Assembly: GCA_015521325.1 (NCBI GenBank)
Contig: WAOK01000002.1
Location: forward strand, 70,756-134,755
Origin: Desulfurococcales archaeon
Lineage (GTDB): Archaea > Thermoproteota > Thermoprotei_A > Sulfolobales > NBVN01
DNA: 64,000 bases
Reading direction: 5' to 3'
The notes beneath the pieces were generated by a model. The model saw nothing but the letters and a program-made list of their open reading frames with translations. It was not told where the DNA came from and did no database searches. The translations under genes and the position numbers were made by a program. Shown one piece after another: positions 43,494-52,302 of the stretch. Numbering within the stretch: the first letter of the stretch is position 1; each line of letters opens with the position of its first letter.

Positions 43494-44657
43494 TTAGTAC
43501 CTGCTGAGGCCCAGCCACTCTAGTAGCTTCAGGTACGCATGGGACCTCGCTATGTTCCTCGAACCCTCCGGGCCGGGCTTCTTCATGAAGAACGCGTTGA
43601 CCTCGTAGACCGTCCCCGCAGCTCCCCTATCAATCGCTATCTTGCCCAGCCTTATGAGATCCGTTAGCATGCCGGCAAGGGCTGGTGAGTCATTTATTCT
43701 TGCGTTGATGTAGATGCTGTCCTTGAAGCCACCGAACGATATATACTCTAGATGCATGGCCACGTACTTCTTGTCGCCGAGGGGCTCTAGGTACCCGGTT
43801 GGCTTTATGAAGTGTGGGGCATCGTAGCCCAGTATGTCCTCGACCATTGATGACTTGGTTGTCTCCTTCATAGCGTTTCTCTTCGGGTCGGTTAGGGCGA
43901 GGAAATCGGTGTTACCGCCGATGTTGAACTGGACTATGAAGAGCACTTTCCTGTTCCTCTCCGCCATGTGCTCCAAGAGATCGGCGGTCAGCGGTGTCGC
44001 TCCCGTTGCACCGTCATCGCCGAAAAGCACTGCTCCCACCTCCTTGAAGTACTCGACTATTCCCGGCGAGTTCGCTACCGGGGTTGGTATGGCGTTCACG
44101 AAAGCTGCTTTACCGCACCTCTTCACGTACTCGGCGACTGCGTAGGCGTAGGTCTGGGTTGCTGATAGCTCTCCCTTAAGGGCCTTCTCAATGAACTCTT
44201 CTCTGCTCTCAACCTTCCTAGCTTCCTCGGTTGTTATGATGTTAACGAACACGTCGGGCTTAAGTTCGCACCATTCTCTCACGAGCCTCTCTATAGCCTC
44301 CTTAATCCCTACCTCGTCCTCCAGCCCTCTCGCCTCTACCGGGAGTACCTTAGCGGAGCCTAGGTGCATGCCCCTCCTTATGGGTATTTTCTTCAGATCC
44401 TCGGGTATGGTGTGACCTGTGTCCTTGAATACCTCCACGGCCACGTCGTAGAGTGTCTTCCCTACCTTAGCGTTGTCGACTTCGTACGCTGCCAGAATCT
44501 CTATGTCCTCGATCTTGATAGGGAGGTCATACCTGGCTAGAGGGACTCCGTAGGGCTCTACTTCGCCCTTCTTAATTTTTGCAAGACCAGCGGCGAGGTG
44601 CGATGCGACGTAGCCAGCGCCTAGAATAACTGCCCTCACCATGCTATCACCGTACAA
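43494..44657 (-). CDS. ino1: myo-Inositol-1-phosphate synthase (archaeal type)
   Basis: 387 aa. Motifs ILGAGYVASHL (NAD), YAYAVAEY, GDDGATGATPL, FNIGGNTDF, SKSSMVEDILGY. These align to the A. fulgidus MIPS pattern as I recall it. Confidence 0.7.
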   Translation of the reverse strand: MYGDSMVRAVILGAGYVASHLAAGLAKIKKGEVEPYGVPLARYDLPIKIEDIEILAAYEVDNAKVGKTLYDVAVEVFKDTGHTIPEDLKKIPIRRGMHLGSAKVLPVEARGLEDEVGIKEAIERLVREWCELKPDVFVNIITTEEARKVESREEFIEKALKGELSATQTYAYAVAEYVKRCGKAAFVNAIPTPVANSPGIVEYFKEVGAVLFGDDGATGATPLTADLLEHMAERNRKVLFIVQFNIGGNTDFLALTDPKRNAMKETTKSSMVEDILGYDAPHFIKPTGYLEPLGDKKYVAMHLEYISFGGFKDSIYINARINDSPALAGMLTDLIRLGKIAIDRGAAGTVYEVNAFFMKKPGPEGSRNIARSHAYLKLLEWLGLSRY

Positions 44658-44705
44658 CTAATATACAGGTTTGATTGATAAGCTTTAGCTCGGTTGAATT
44701 AACAT

Positions 44706-44729
44706 AGAACTATTTTAGTATATAGTTCT
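44706..44729. promoter_or_regulatory. Perfect 8-bp inverted repeat AGAACTAT-N8-ATAGTTCT overlapping an AT-rich TATA-like core upstream of the MIPS gene
   Basis: Read directly from the sequence. It lies 49-72 nt upstream of the ino1 ATG (44657) and 21 nt downstream of the stop of the preceding gene. GGTGAT SD precedes the ATG. Confidence 0.45.
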
Positions 44730-44749
44730 CTCTACACGTCCAAAAGAGT

Positions 44750-45862
44750 TTATAGTATGATTTCACCAGGCTTCCTCACGCTAGACACTATCTCCTTGTA
44801 AGGGAGCACGACGACCCTCTCAGCGATGACTACCTCTGGATTAACGACTACTTCATCACCTAGGACAGCACCCTTCATTATCCTTGCCCACCTCCCTAGG
44901 AAGCAACTCGCGCCGATAACTGCACCATCAATTACAGAGGCACCCTCTACTGTGACGCCAGCTAGAATCACTGAGTCCTTTACCCTAGTATAGGGCCCTA
45001 TCTCTACATTCTTCTCGATGACGACGTTAGGGCCTATAGAGCTCCCTCCTTCTATTTTCGTGCCCGGCCCTATGTAGACCGGCGGGATTATCTCTGCGTC
45101 ATCACTTATTTCAGCCGACTCATGGATGTAGCCCTCCGGGTAGTATGTCTTGAGAGCCATGAAGTTAGCTCTGGCGTAGTCAGCTGGCACCCCTATGTCT
45201 GACCACAAGCCCGTGTGAATGAAGCCATAGAGTACGCCATCCTCAACCATTCTAGGCAGGACGTCTCTAGCTATCTTGGATGGGTACTTATCGTGGGGGA
45301 AGTAATTGAGTGCCTCTGCCTCAAAGATGTAGAAGCCAGCATTAACCACATTCGACTTAGCCTTCTCTCTCGGGGGCTTCTCCTGGAACTCAATAACCTT
45401 CCCGTCCTCGTCCAGAACCGCTACCCCGTACCTGCTTGGGTCATCCACGGGGGTGAGGGCCATTGTGGCGAGGGCTCCCTCCATTACTTTGTCTTTGTGG
45501 TAGTTGAGGAGGACGTTCATGTCAATGTTGGAGAATATGTCTCCGTAGGCCACGATGAAGGTACTATCTAGGCCATACATCTCATTAATGAGCGGTATGG
45601 GGCCAGCGTCGCCTAGCGGCCTCCTCTCCTCAGCATACCGTATCCTCAGACCAAACCTCTCTCCAGAGCCGTACCTAGTCTTTATCATGTCGGCCAGGTA
45701 CCTCACCGACAGGATGACCTCGTCGACGCCGGACTTAGCCAGAGACTCAAGTATCCAGTCAAGCAATGGCTTACCGAGTATTGGGAGAAGAGGCTTGGGT
45801 CTCGTGAGTGTCAGCGGCCTTAATCTAGTCGCGAAACCCCCTGTTAGGACTACTGCCTTCAA
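44750..45862 (-). CDS. Sugar-1-phosphate nucleotidylyltransferase with C-terminal left-handed beta-helix domain (ST0452/GlmU-like or mannose-1-P guanylyltransferase-like)
   Basis: 370 aa. MKAVVLTGGFATRLRPLTLTRPKPLLPI (G-x-G-T-R-L loop). C-terminal hexapeptide repeats. Confidence 0.8.
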   Translation of the reverse strand: MKAVVLTGGFATRLRPLTLTRPKPLLPILGKPLLDWILESLAKSGVDEVILSVRYLADMIKTRYGSGERFGLRIRYAEERRPLGDAGPIPLINEMYGLDSTFIVAYGDIFSNIDMNVLLNYHKDKVMEGALATMALTPVDDPSRYGVAVLDEDGKVIEFQEKPPREKAKSNVVNAGFYIFEAEALNYFPHDKYPSKIARDVLPRMVEDGVLYGFIHTGLWSDIGVPADYARANFMALKTYYPEGYIHESAEISDDAEIIPPVYIGPGTKIEGGSSIGPNVVIEKNVEIGPYTRVKDSVILAGVTVEGASVIDGAVIGASCFLGRWARIMKGAVLGDEVVVNPEVVIAERVVVLPYKEIVSSVRKPGEIIL

Positions 45863-45902
45863 TACACAGCACCTGACCAGGAGATGTGTTGTCTTGGTTG
45901 AA

Positions 45903-46940
45903 TTAAGATTGTTCCTCGCGGGTCTCTATAACCTTTCTCGGGCTCAAGGGATACGCCTTAACCAGTGTGTGACGCAGTCCCAGCCGCTTCGCTAGAGTGC
46001 ATGAGGTAACCACCCTATCGCCCCGGATGAAGGCAAGCCCACTCACTATTAGCCTCTTACTGACCCCCTCATCGGTACTGATCTCGGCCCATTTCACGAG
46101 GGAGTCATCGATCTCCTCGTAAGGCATTCTGGTCGCAATAGCCCTCCTCGCCAGCCTTCTCCTATACTGTACAGCGTCCTTATACCTAGCTGGGCAGTAA
46201 TGCACGCTTATATCGATCCCCTCCTTCACGACAGCTGCTAACACGTGGAGCGCTGTTTCCCTGGACCCGGTCGCAGCAACACCGTCCTCTGTTCTGTATC
46301 CCCTGAGGAGAAGACTTGCTTCGTTGCCCTCGCTGAACTCAAGCTCGTTGAGGTTCACGAAAACAGCCCCTGTCTTAGCTGCTCTGCGTATGACATCGAG
46401 GAGTTTCTTTTCAGTGCCGGGGATGGCGGGATTCTCGACACCCACATCTATTCCGGACCCAGCCGCTATCGCTAGAGCCCTGTACGAGTGTTCGCCAGTG
46501 ACGTGTATCCTTATTTCGTCGAGGCCTGCCCTCACAAGCTCTGCCATTCTCTCTGCCGTTAGGAGGTAACCGGTCGTGTATAGATGGATGTGGAAGTCCC
46601 GGCCAAAGGCATCCTTCAAGGCCTTGATAATCTCTACTGTCCTATCCAGTCTTGCTATGGGATCGCCCCCTGTTATGCCAGCTCCTCTCGAAAGGTTTGC
46701 CGCTACCTCGGTTACCACGTCCTTGATGTCCCTCGCGAGGACCTCGTTCACGTATATGACGTCCCTTCCCTTCCTTGCCCTTGAGAGGGGGCAGTACCAG
46801 CATCTCTCTGGACACACGCCCGTCACAAAAATAACCGATTTAGCGCCCTCCATGCATAGCTCGCAACCCCTGGGGAGGTTACCCACCCAGCATCCGAGCG
46901 TGTCGCAGTCGCCCCTAAGCTCCCTCAGCAGCTCGCCCAC
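45903..46940 (-). CDS. Radical SAM protein (PFL-activase-related, COG2108-like)
   Basis: 345 aa. CPERCWYC = CxxxCxxC, preceded by a CELC pair. Confidence 0.7.
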   Translation of the reverse strand: MGELLRELRGDCDTLGCWVGNLPRGCELCMEGAKSVIFVTGVCPERCWYCPLSRARKGRDVIYVNEVLARDIKDVVTEVAANLSRGAGITGGDPIARLDRTVEIIKALKDAFGRDFHIHLYTTGYLLTAERMAELVRAGLDEIRIHVTGEHSYRALAIAAGSGIDVGVENPAIPGTEKKLLDVIRRAAKTGAVFVNLNELEFSEGNEASLLLRGYRTEDGVAATGSRETALHVLAAVVKEGIDISVHYCPARYKDAVQYRRRLARRAIATRMPYEEIDDSLVKWAEISTDEGVSKRLIVSGLAFIRGDRVVTSCTLAKRLGLRHTLVKAYPLSPRKVIETREEQS

Positions 46941-46972
46941 CTCCCTCTTATTCTAGCGGGTCTAGGCGGAAT

Positions 46973-48175
46973 TTACTTCTTGGCCTGGGCAAGCCTCAAA
47001 AGAATCATCAGCGAGCCCGCCTCACACACTAGCGAGTACGGAACTATCAGATGCGGGCTCAGCTGGTAGAGAGCCGACATTATTATTGATGACGCCATCC
47101 AGGAAGCGCCGAGCGTGAACGAGAAGATGCCGTAGGCCCACGCCCTCGAGGCAGGGTCTATGAGGTCAGCCACCGAAGCCCGCAACACTGTTTCGTAAAC
47201 ACCCATGTAGGCACCCCACAATGCCGAGGCTATGGCGAAGTTCTCTATGCTTGGCTGAAGGAAGAGAAAAGCCGTTACTGGAGCAGCGAATAACGGTGCC
47301 GCTGCTACGACCCTAAGACCCTCCCTGTCGTAAAGGAGCCCTATCGGCACTGCTACGGCCGCGTCCACACCCATAGCGAGTGTGTAGAACAAGGAGATCA
47401 TGTAGTCAGGCACGAACCCGACTGCCCCCATGTGGTACCCGACAATGCTTCTCCAGTATGGAAAGCCCAGCATCGCTAGGGAGGCTCCAGCAAGGAATAG
47501 CCGGAACTGGGGGGTCATGACACCCTTTCCCGTAGGCCTTGACTCCACGCTCCTTATTCTCGGATATATGACGGCAGCAGACAGCACAGCTGCAACAGCG
47601 AGGATCGCTGGGATCGCTAGGACTGAGAAAGCGGCCCTGTAGTTGCCGCCTGACGAGTAGAGCATATACGCAACGACCGCCGGACCTGCGAATGCACCTA
47701 TCTGATCAGCTAACTCATGAAGACCGAAGCCCAGCCCTCTCCCCATCCCCTGCGTTACTTCAGCGAGGATTACGTCCCTGACAGGCGCCCTTATTCCTTT
47801 GCCCATGCGCTCGATCATTATTAGGAGCAACACGAGGGCGTAGTTACCTGTAAGGGCAAGTGCTGGTATAGCTAAAAGGGAAGCGTACCCGAGGGCTGTG
47901 AGGCCCCAGTAGATTGAGCTGGATCTGTACCTCGTAGCTATTACTCCGCCGACAAGCCTCATCGTGTACGAGACTAACTCAGTCACCCCTAGGAGACCTG
48001 TGAGGATCGCTGAAGCGCCTAGATATTCCAGGTAGGAACCCAGCACTGAGCCGCCGCCCTCGTATGTCAGGTCTCCGAGAAGGGAGACAACACTTAACAG
48101 AACGAAAACAATGAGGGCTTTCTTCAGCACTGCAGTCACCGATCTTGAGTCCACGCGCTGAATTAATGTGCTCAC
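46973..48175 (-). CDS. MFS transporter
   Basis: 400 aa, about 12 TM helices, with a GKGIRAPVRD-type loop between TM2 and TM3. Confidence 0.65.
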   Translation of the reverse strand: MSTLIQRVDSRSVTAVLKKALIVFVLLSVVSLLGDLTYEGGGSVLGSYLEYLGASAILTGLLGVTELVSYTMRLVGGVIATRYRSSSIYWGLTALGYASLLAIPALALTGNYALVLLLIMIERMGKGIRAPVRDVILAEVTQGMGRGLGFGLHELADQIGAFAGPAVVAYMLYSSGGNYRAAFSVLAIPAILAVAAVLSAAVIYPRIRSVESRPTGKGVMTPQFRLFLAGASLAMLGFPYWRSIVGYHMGAVGFVPDYMISLFYTLAMGVDAAVAVPIGLLYDREGLRVVAAAPLFAAPVTAFLFLQPSIENFAIASALWGAYMGVYETVLRASVADLIDPASRAWAYGIFSFTLGASWMASSIIMSALYQLSPHLIVPYSLVCEAGSLMILLRLAQAKK

Positions 48176-48199
48176 AGCACGTCATAGGTGGTGTAAAGG

Positions 48200-48940
48200 T
48201 TGGTGACACCCATAATCGACGGGCACATACACCTCCATGAGTTCAGCGATGACGAGATCCGGGAGATCTGCTGGAGGAAGGACTTGCTACTACTGGCTGT
48301 CTCTGACGACCTCGCCTCGTCCAGGAAGACCCTTGAGTTGGGGCAGAGGTGCCTAAACGTCTTCCCAGCTGTCGGTCTCCATCCGTGGGAGGTCGGCGAC
48401 ATAGAGGATGTGAGCTCAGTCCTCAGCGAGTTCGCTGAGATGATCAGGGGTTCCTCCACGAGGGCTGTGGGCGAGGTAGGGCTTGACAAGAAGTTCGTGC
48501 CCCAGACGTATGAGAAGCAGGTACCTGTCTTCAGGTTCTTCGCCTCCCTAGCTGCTGAGACAGGTAAGCCATTATCAATTCATGCCGCGGGTGCATGGAG
48601 GGAAGTGCTCGAGGTTCTTGACGAGCTAAGCGTTAAGAAGGTGGTCATTCACTGGTTCACCGGACCCCTCGACCTGCTCGAGGAGATCGCCTCCCGAGGG
48701 TACTACATCGGCGTAAACGCGGCGCTGAAGGTACAGAAAAAGATGCGTGAGGTCGTTAAGGCAGCGCCACTAGAGATCATGATAACAGAGAGCGACGGCC
48801 CCTACAACTACCGCGGGCTGAGGCTCGGGCCCCACATGATACCTGAGGTCATAGAGTTCATAGCGGGGACTAAGGGTATCGATGAAGAAGAGGTGCGTAG
48901 GGTGATTCACAGGAACTTCGTAAGTCTCTTTACTTCATAA
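48200..48940 (+). CDS. tatD: TatD-family metal-dependent hydrolase
   Basis: 246 aa. Motifs IDGHIHLHEF, AVGEVGLD, LSIHAAG, IHWFTG, ESDGPY. Confidence 0.8.
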   Translation: MVTPIIDGHIHLHEFSDDEIREICWRKDLLLLAVSDDLASSRKTLELGQRCLNVFPAVGLHPWEVGDIEDVSSVLSEFAEMIRGSSTRAVGEVGLDKKFVPQTYEKQVPVFRFFASLAAETGKPLSIHAAGAWREVLEVLDELSVKKVVIHWFTGPLDLLEEIASRGYYIGVNAALKVQKKMREVVKAAPLEIMITESDGPYNYRGLRLGPHMIPEVIEFIAGTKGIDEEEVRRVIHRNFVSLFTS

Positions 48941-49742
48941 GTTCCTTAAACGACCTGAACGGCGCCTTCAGCGGGTTTCTCTTGTGCTCACTCCTGCGGT
49001 ACATCTCCATAACCTTCTCGACGGCTTCCCTGGGGACGCCCGCTCTCTGAGGGACCTCGCCGGGATCGAGGCCCTCGTCAAATATCCAGTACAGTACCTC
49101 GTCGATGACATCGTAGGAGAGGCCCAGCTCACCCTCGGCTGTGTGCCCCGGCCATAGGTCGGGGGTAGGTGCTCTGTTTATCACCTCTGCCGGGAGGCCC
49201 AAGTATTTTCCTAGGGCACGTACCTGTGTTTTGTAGAGGCCTATGTTCGGGTATATGTCACCTGCGACATCGCCCCACTTCGTGAAGTACCCTATGAGCC
49301 ACTCCGAGCGGTCGCCGGTGCCCACGACTAGTCTTCCCTCATTGTTGGCTATGCCGTAGAGGAGGAGCATCCTCGTTCTGACCTTGATGTTCCCCTTAAC
49401 GATCTTGTCCGCTGTAGCGTAGGAGAGCCCTAGCGACGCCAGCGCGCTCTCTACAACCCCCGTAATGTCTATGGTGAGGAGCTCGAGGTCGAGCGACTCG
49501 GCCACCGCCCTAGCAGCGACCCTCGACTCCGGTGACGTCTCTCTGTCCGGTAGGAATATGACCTTCACTCTCTCCTTACCTAGTGCCCTAACGGCTAGAG
49601 CTGAGGCCAGGCTGGAGTCACTGCCCCCAGAGAGCCCTATGACGACGCCTTTAGCACCGGCTTCCTTGACAGAGGCCCGAATGAATGAAGAAATCGTTGA
49701 GGCTGCCTTATCAAAGTCGAACCTTAGGTAGGGGGGTATCAT
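48930..49742 (-). CDS. nadE: NH3-dependent NAD+ synthetase
   Basis: 270 aa. PP-loop GLSGGSDSS and the GTGDRSEWLIGYFTKWGD motif. Confidence 0.85.
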   Translation of the reverse strand: MIPPYLRFDFDKAASTISSFIRASVKEAGAKGVVIGLSGGSDSSLASALAVRALGKERVKVIFLPDRETSPESRVAARAVAESLDLELLTIDITGVVESALASLGLSYATADKIVKGNIKVRTRMLLLYGIANNEGRLVVGTGDRSEWLIGYFTKWGDVAGDIYPNIGLYKTQVRALGKYLGLPAEVINRAPTPDLWPGHTAEGELGLSYDVIDEVLYWIFDEGLDPGEVPQRAGVPREAVEKVMEMYRRSEHKRNPLKAPFRSFKELMK

Positions 49743-49793
49743 CGCCTGTTACCGATATGATCGGGCGGAAGGGTTTTTCTCCTTATCACGTTC

Positions 49794-50645
49794 TTATCCC
49801 TTCACCAGCGCCGCTACGGCCCTAACGAGCCTCCTATGGGGCCTTATTCCTGCGCTCCCGGGACCGTGGCCCAGCGGCGCTGTGAGGGTGGGCTTCATGA
49901 ACCTTATGAAGTGCCTGGTGTCTAGCATGCTGGGAGATGAGGCTCCTTTTATGTATGCCCTTACTTGCTCGCCTGTGTAGAGTAGGGCCCTGCCCGGCGT
50001 GACGACTATGAGGGCATCAATAATGTTCATGAGAGACGTCACGGGCAGTAACGCAGTCGAGATCGACTCTATTAGGAGCACGTCCCGATCCCTGCCCAAG
50101 TAGTGCATGACCTCGGCTATCCCCGCACCGACCTCCCTAGAACCGAGGTAGGAGTAGAACCAGGTTATGCTGACCTCTCTAGCGCTAATCCCGAGTTCCT
50201 CTATTAGGTCGTCCGCAGTGCTTATCTCCGGATCTAGTGCTTTGTCCTCCAGGTCATGTATCCTGAAATACCTCGTCACGCCCCCGATAGTTACTCTTGC
50301 CAGGACTGGGAGAGAGAAGGGGCTGTCTAGGTCATCGAGGTATGTCCGAATATCCCCGTACCTCACAGGATCAGGTGCGGCTGTCACTACGTTCACGGGG
50401 TTAGAGACGGTCGGTGGCTCGCTTAGTGATAACCTGGAGAACGTGATCGTGTCCTTATCCGTTAATACACCCTCACGCACAACCTCCCGCAGTATCGCGA
50501 AGTCGTACCAGAGGGAGGTAACCGATACAGGCTTCGATGCGCCAACTCTGATACTCAGCCTATTTAACTCCTTAGCAAGTCCCAGAATTAATTGGGTCTT
50601 GCCGGAGCCGTGCCTCTGCACACCTGACACAACCACTATCCTCAT
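49794..50645 (-). CDS. BioD-like P-loop NTPase-fold protein (function unknown)
   Basis: 283 aa. MRIVVVSGVQRHGSGKTQLILGLAKEL...SKPV resembles the dethiobiotin-synthase/CobQ-type N-terminus. The EGAGG-equivalent reads ESISTA, so it is probably not BioD itself. Confidence 0.45.
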   Translation of the reverse strand: MRIVVVSGVQRHGSGKTQLILGLAKELNRLSIRVGASKPVSVTSLWYDFAILREVVREGVLTDKDTITFSRLSLSEPPTVSNPVNVVTAAPDPVRYGDIRTYLDDLDSPFSLPVLARVTIGGVTRYFRIHDLEDKALDPEISTADDLIEELGISAREVSITWFYSYLGSREVGAGIAEVMHYLGRDRDVLLIESISTALLPVTSLMNIIDALIVVTPGRALLYTGEQVRAYIKGASSPSMLDTRHFIRFMKPTLTAPLGHGPGSAGIRPHRRLVRAVAALVKG

Positions 50646-50692
50646 CCACTACCGCACCCGGTATTGACCTGTTTCAGGCTGTTTATCGAAGA

Positions 50693-50700
50693 TTTAAATA
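50693..50700 (+). promoter_or_regulatory. TATA box (TTTAAATA) for the AMP phosphorylase gene
   Basis: Canonical archaeal TTTAWATA, 39-46 nt upstream of ATG 50739. GGTG motifs lie in the implied short leader. Confidence 0.4.
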
Positions 50701-50738
50701 TGTGTTTCGTGATAGATTTATTTTGCCGGTGTTGGTGT

Positions 50739-52250
50739 ATGCCAGCATATTCTGTTAAGGTCATCGATGCGGACATCGGGCACTATCGGATAGTGATTGT
50801 TCCTCCAAGCATAGCGGCCGAGGTCGGGCTCTGCGGCGGGTGTAAGGCGAGGGTCAGGTTTAACGGCAAGGAGACCACTGCCTTAGTAGCTATAGATCCT
50901 TCAATAAAAGAGAAGACAGTAACTATATGCAGGTGGTTCTGGGAGGAGATAGGTAAGCCCGAGAGGGTTGACCTACATCCCCACGTGATACCTCAGTCGG
51001 TTAGATTCATTAAAGAGAAGTTACGTGGGAGAAGACTTGGTTACGAAGAGATCTATACCATAATAAAGGACGTCGTGGACGGTGTCCTAACAGATACGGA
51101 GATAGCGGCATTCATCGCGGCTCAGGAGTCCGTGGGCATGGACATTAATGAGATGATCCACCTGACGAAGGCGATGGTGGAGACCGGCGTCAAGATCGAC
51201 TTCGACAGACCGGTCTATGACATGCACTCGATCGGTGGCGTGCCAGGCAATTCCAAGGTATCGATAGTGGCTGTACCTACTGTTGCTGCTATGGAGGTAT
51301 TCATACCCAAGACGTCCTCAAGGGCAATAACATCGCCAGCCGGCACCGCTGACACGATGGAGGTGTTCGCGAACGTCGAGTTCGGACTAGAGGAGCTTAA
51401 GGAGTTGGCGAAGAAGACGTACGGCTTCATTGTGTGGGGAGGGACCCTAAACCTTGCGCCAGCAGACGACATATTGATTAGGGTGGAGTACCAGCTCATG
51501 GCTGACCCGCTCTCCCAGATGATAGCGTCCATACTCTCCAAGAAGATCAGCATGGGCGTACAGAACCTCCTCATAGACATACCTGTAGGGAGAGAGGCCA
51601 AGGTAGAGAGCCTGGAAAAGGGCAGGGAGCTCGCTTCAATATTCACTCAGGTAGGGCAGGGGCTCGGGCTCAGCATGAGGGTTGCCCTAACCTACGGCGG
51701 GCAGCCGATAGGCTACGCTGTCGGCCCCGCACTAGAGGCTAGGGAAGCGCTCCAGACACTCCTCGGAAACGGCCCCATGTCTGTCAGAGAAAAAGCCACT
51801 GCTTTGGCAGGGCTCGTACTAGAGATGGCCGGCATCGCTCCAAGAGGCGCTGGGAAAGCGACAGCAAAGGAGATCCTGGCAAGCGGTAAGTCCTATGAGG
51901 CCTTCCGGAGAATGATTGAGGCCCAAGGAGGGAACCCCGACATAAAGCCCGAAGATATACCTGTAGGATCACACAGAGCCGAGATAACGGCTCCGATGGA
52001 CGGCTACGTGACAGGGGTATACAATAGGGCGATAACGCTGATCGCGAGGGCGGCCGGGGCCCCACACGACAAGGGTGCGGGCGTCCTGCTTCACGTAAAG
52101 AGAGGACACAAGGTCAGGAAGGGCGATGTCCTCCTCGAGATCTACAGTAACTCCGAGACGAGGCTGGATGAAGCCCTGAAGCTTGTTTCGAAGGTCAGAC
52201 CAATAACCATTGAGGGAATGCTTTTAGAGACTTACCCCGAGGAGGTCTGA
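50739..52250 (+). CDS. deoA: AMP phosphorylase (archaeal thymidine-phosphorylase-family enzyme of the AMP/RuBisCO pathway)
   Basis: 503 aa from ATG 50739 (the track ORF starts at 50664). Long collinear similarity to Thermococcus AMPpase as I recall it: DMHSIGGVPGN, PKTSSRAITSPAGTAD, WGGTLNLAPADD, TYGGQPIG, GPALEAREAL, IEAQGGNPDIKPEDIP, RAAGAP.DKGAG. Confidence 0.88.
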   Translation: MPAYSVKVIDADIGHYRIVIVPPSIAAEVGLCGGCKARVRFNGKETTALVAIDPSIKEKTVTICRWFWEEIGKPERVDLHPHVIPQSVRFIKEKLRGRRLGYEEIYTIIKDVVDGVLTDTEIAAFIAAQESVGMDINEMIHLTKAMVETGVKIDFDRPVYDMHSIGGVPGNSKVSIVAVPTVAAMEVFIPKTSSRAITSPAGTADTMEVFANVEFGLEELKELAKKTYGFIVWGGTLNLAPADDILIRVEYQLMADPLSQMIASILSKKISMGVQNLLIDIPVGREAKVESLEKGRELASIFTQVGQGLGLSMRVALTYGGQPIGYAVGPALEAREALQTLLGNGPMSVREKATALAGLVLEMAGIAPRGAGKATAKEILASGKSYEAFRRMIEAQGGNPDIKPEDIPVGSHRAEITAPMDGYVTGVYNRAITLIARAAGAPHDKGAGVLLHVKRGHKVRKGDVLLEIYSNSETRLDEALKLVSKVRPITIEGMLLETYPEEV

Positions 52251-52302
52251 TCTTGGTAGGAGGTAAGGTAATAAGGTGGTGTAGGGGATACCTAGGAGAG
52301 CT

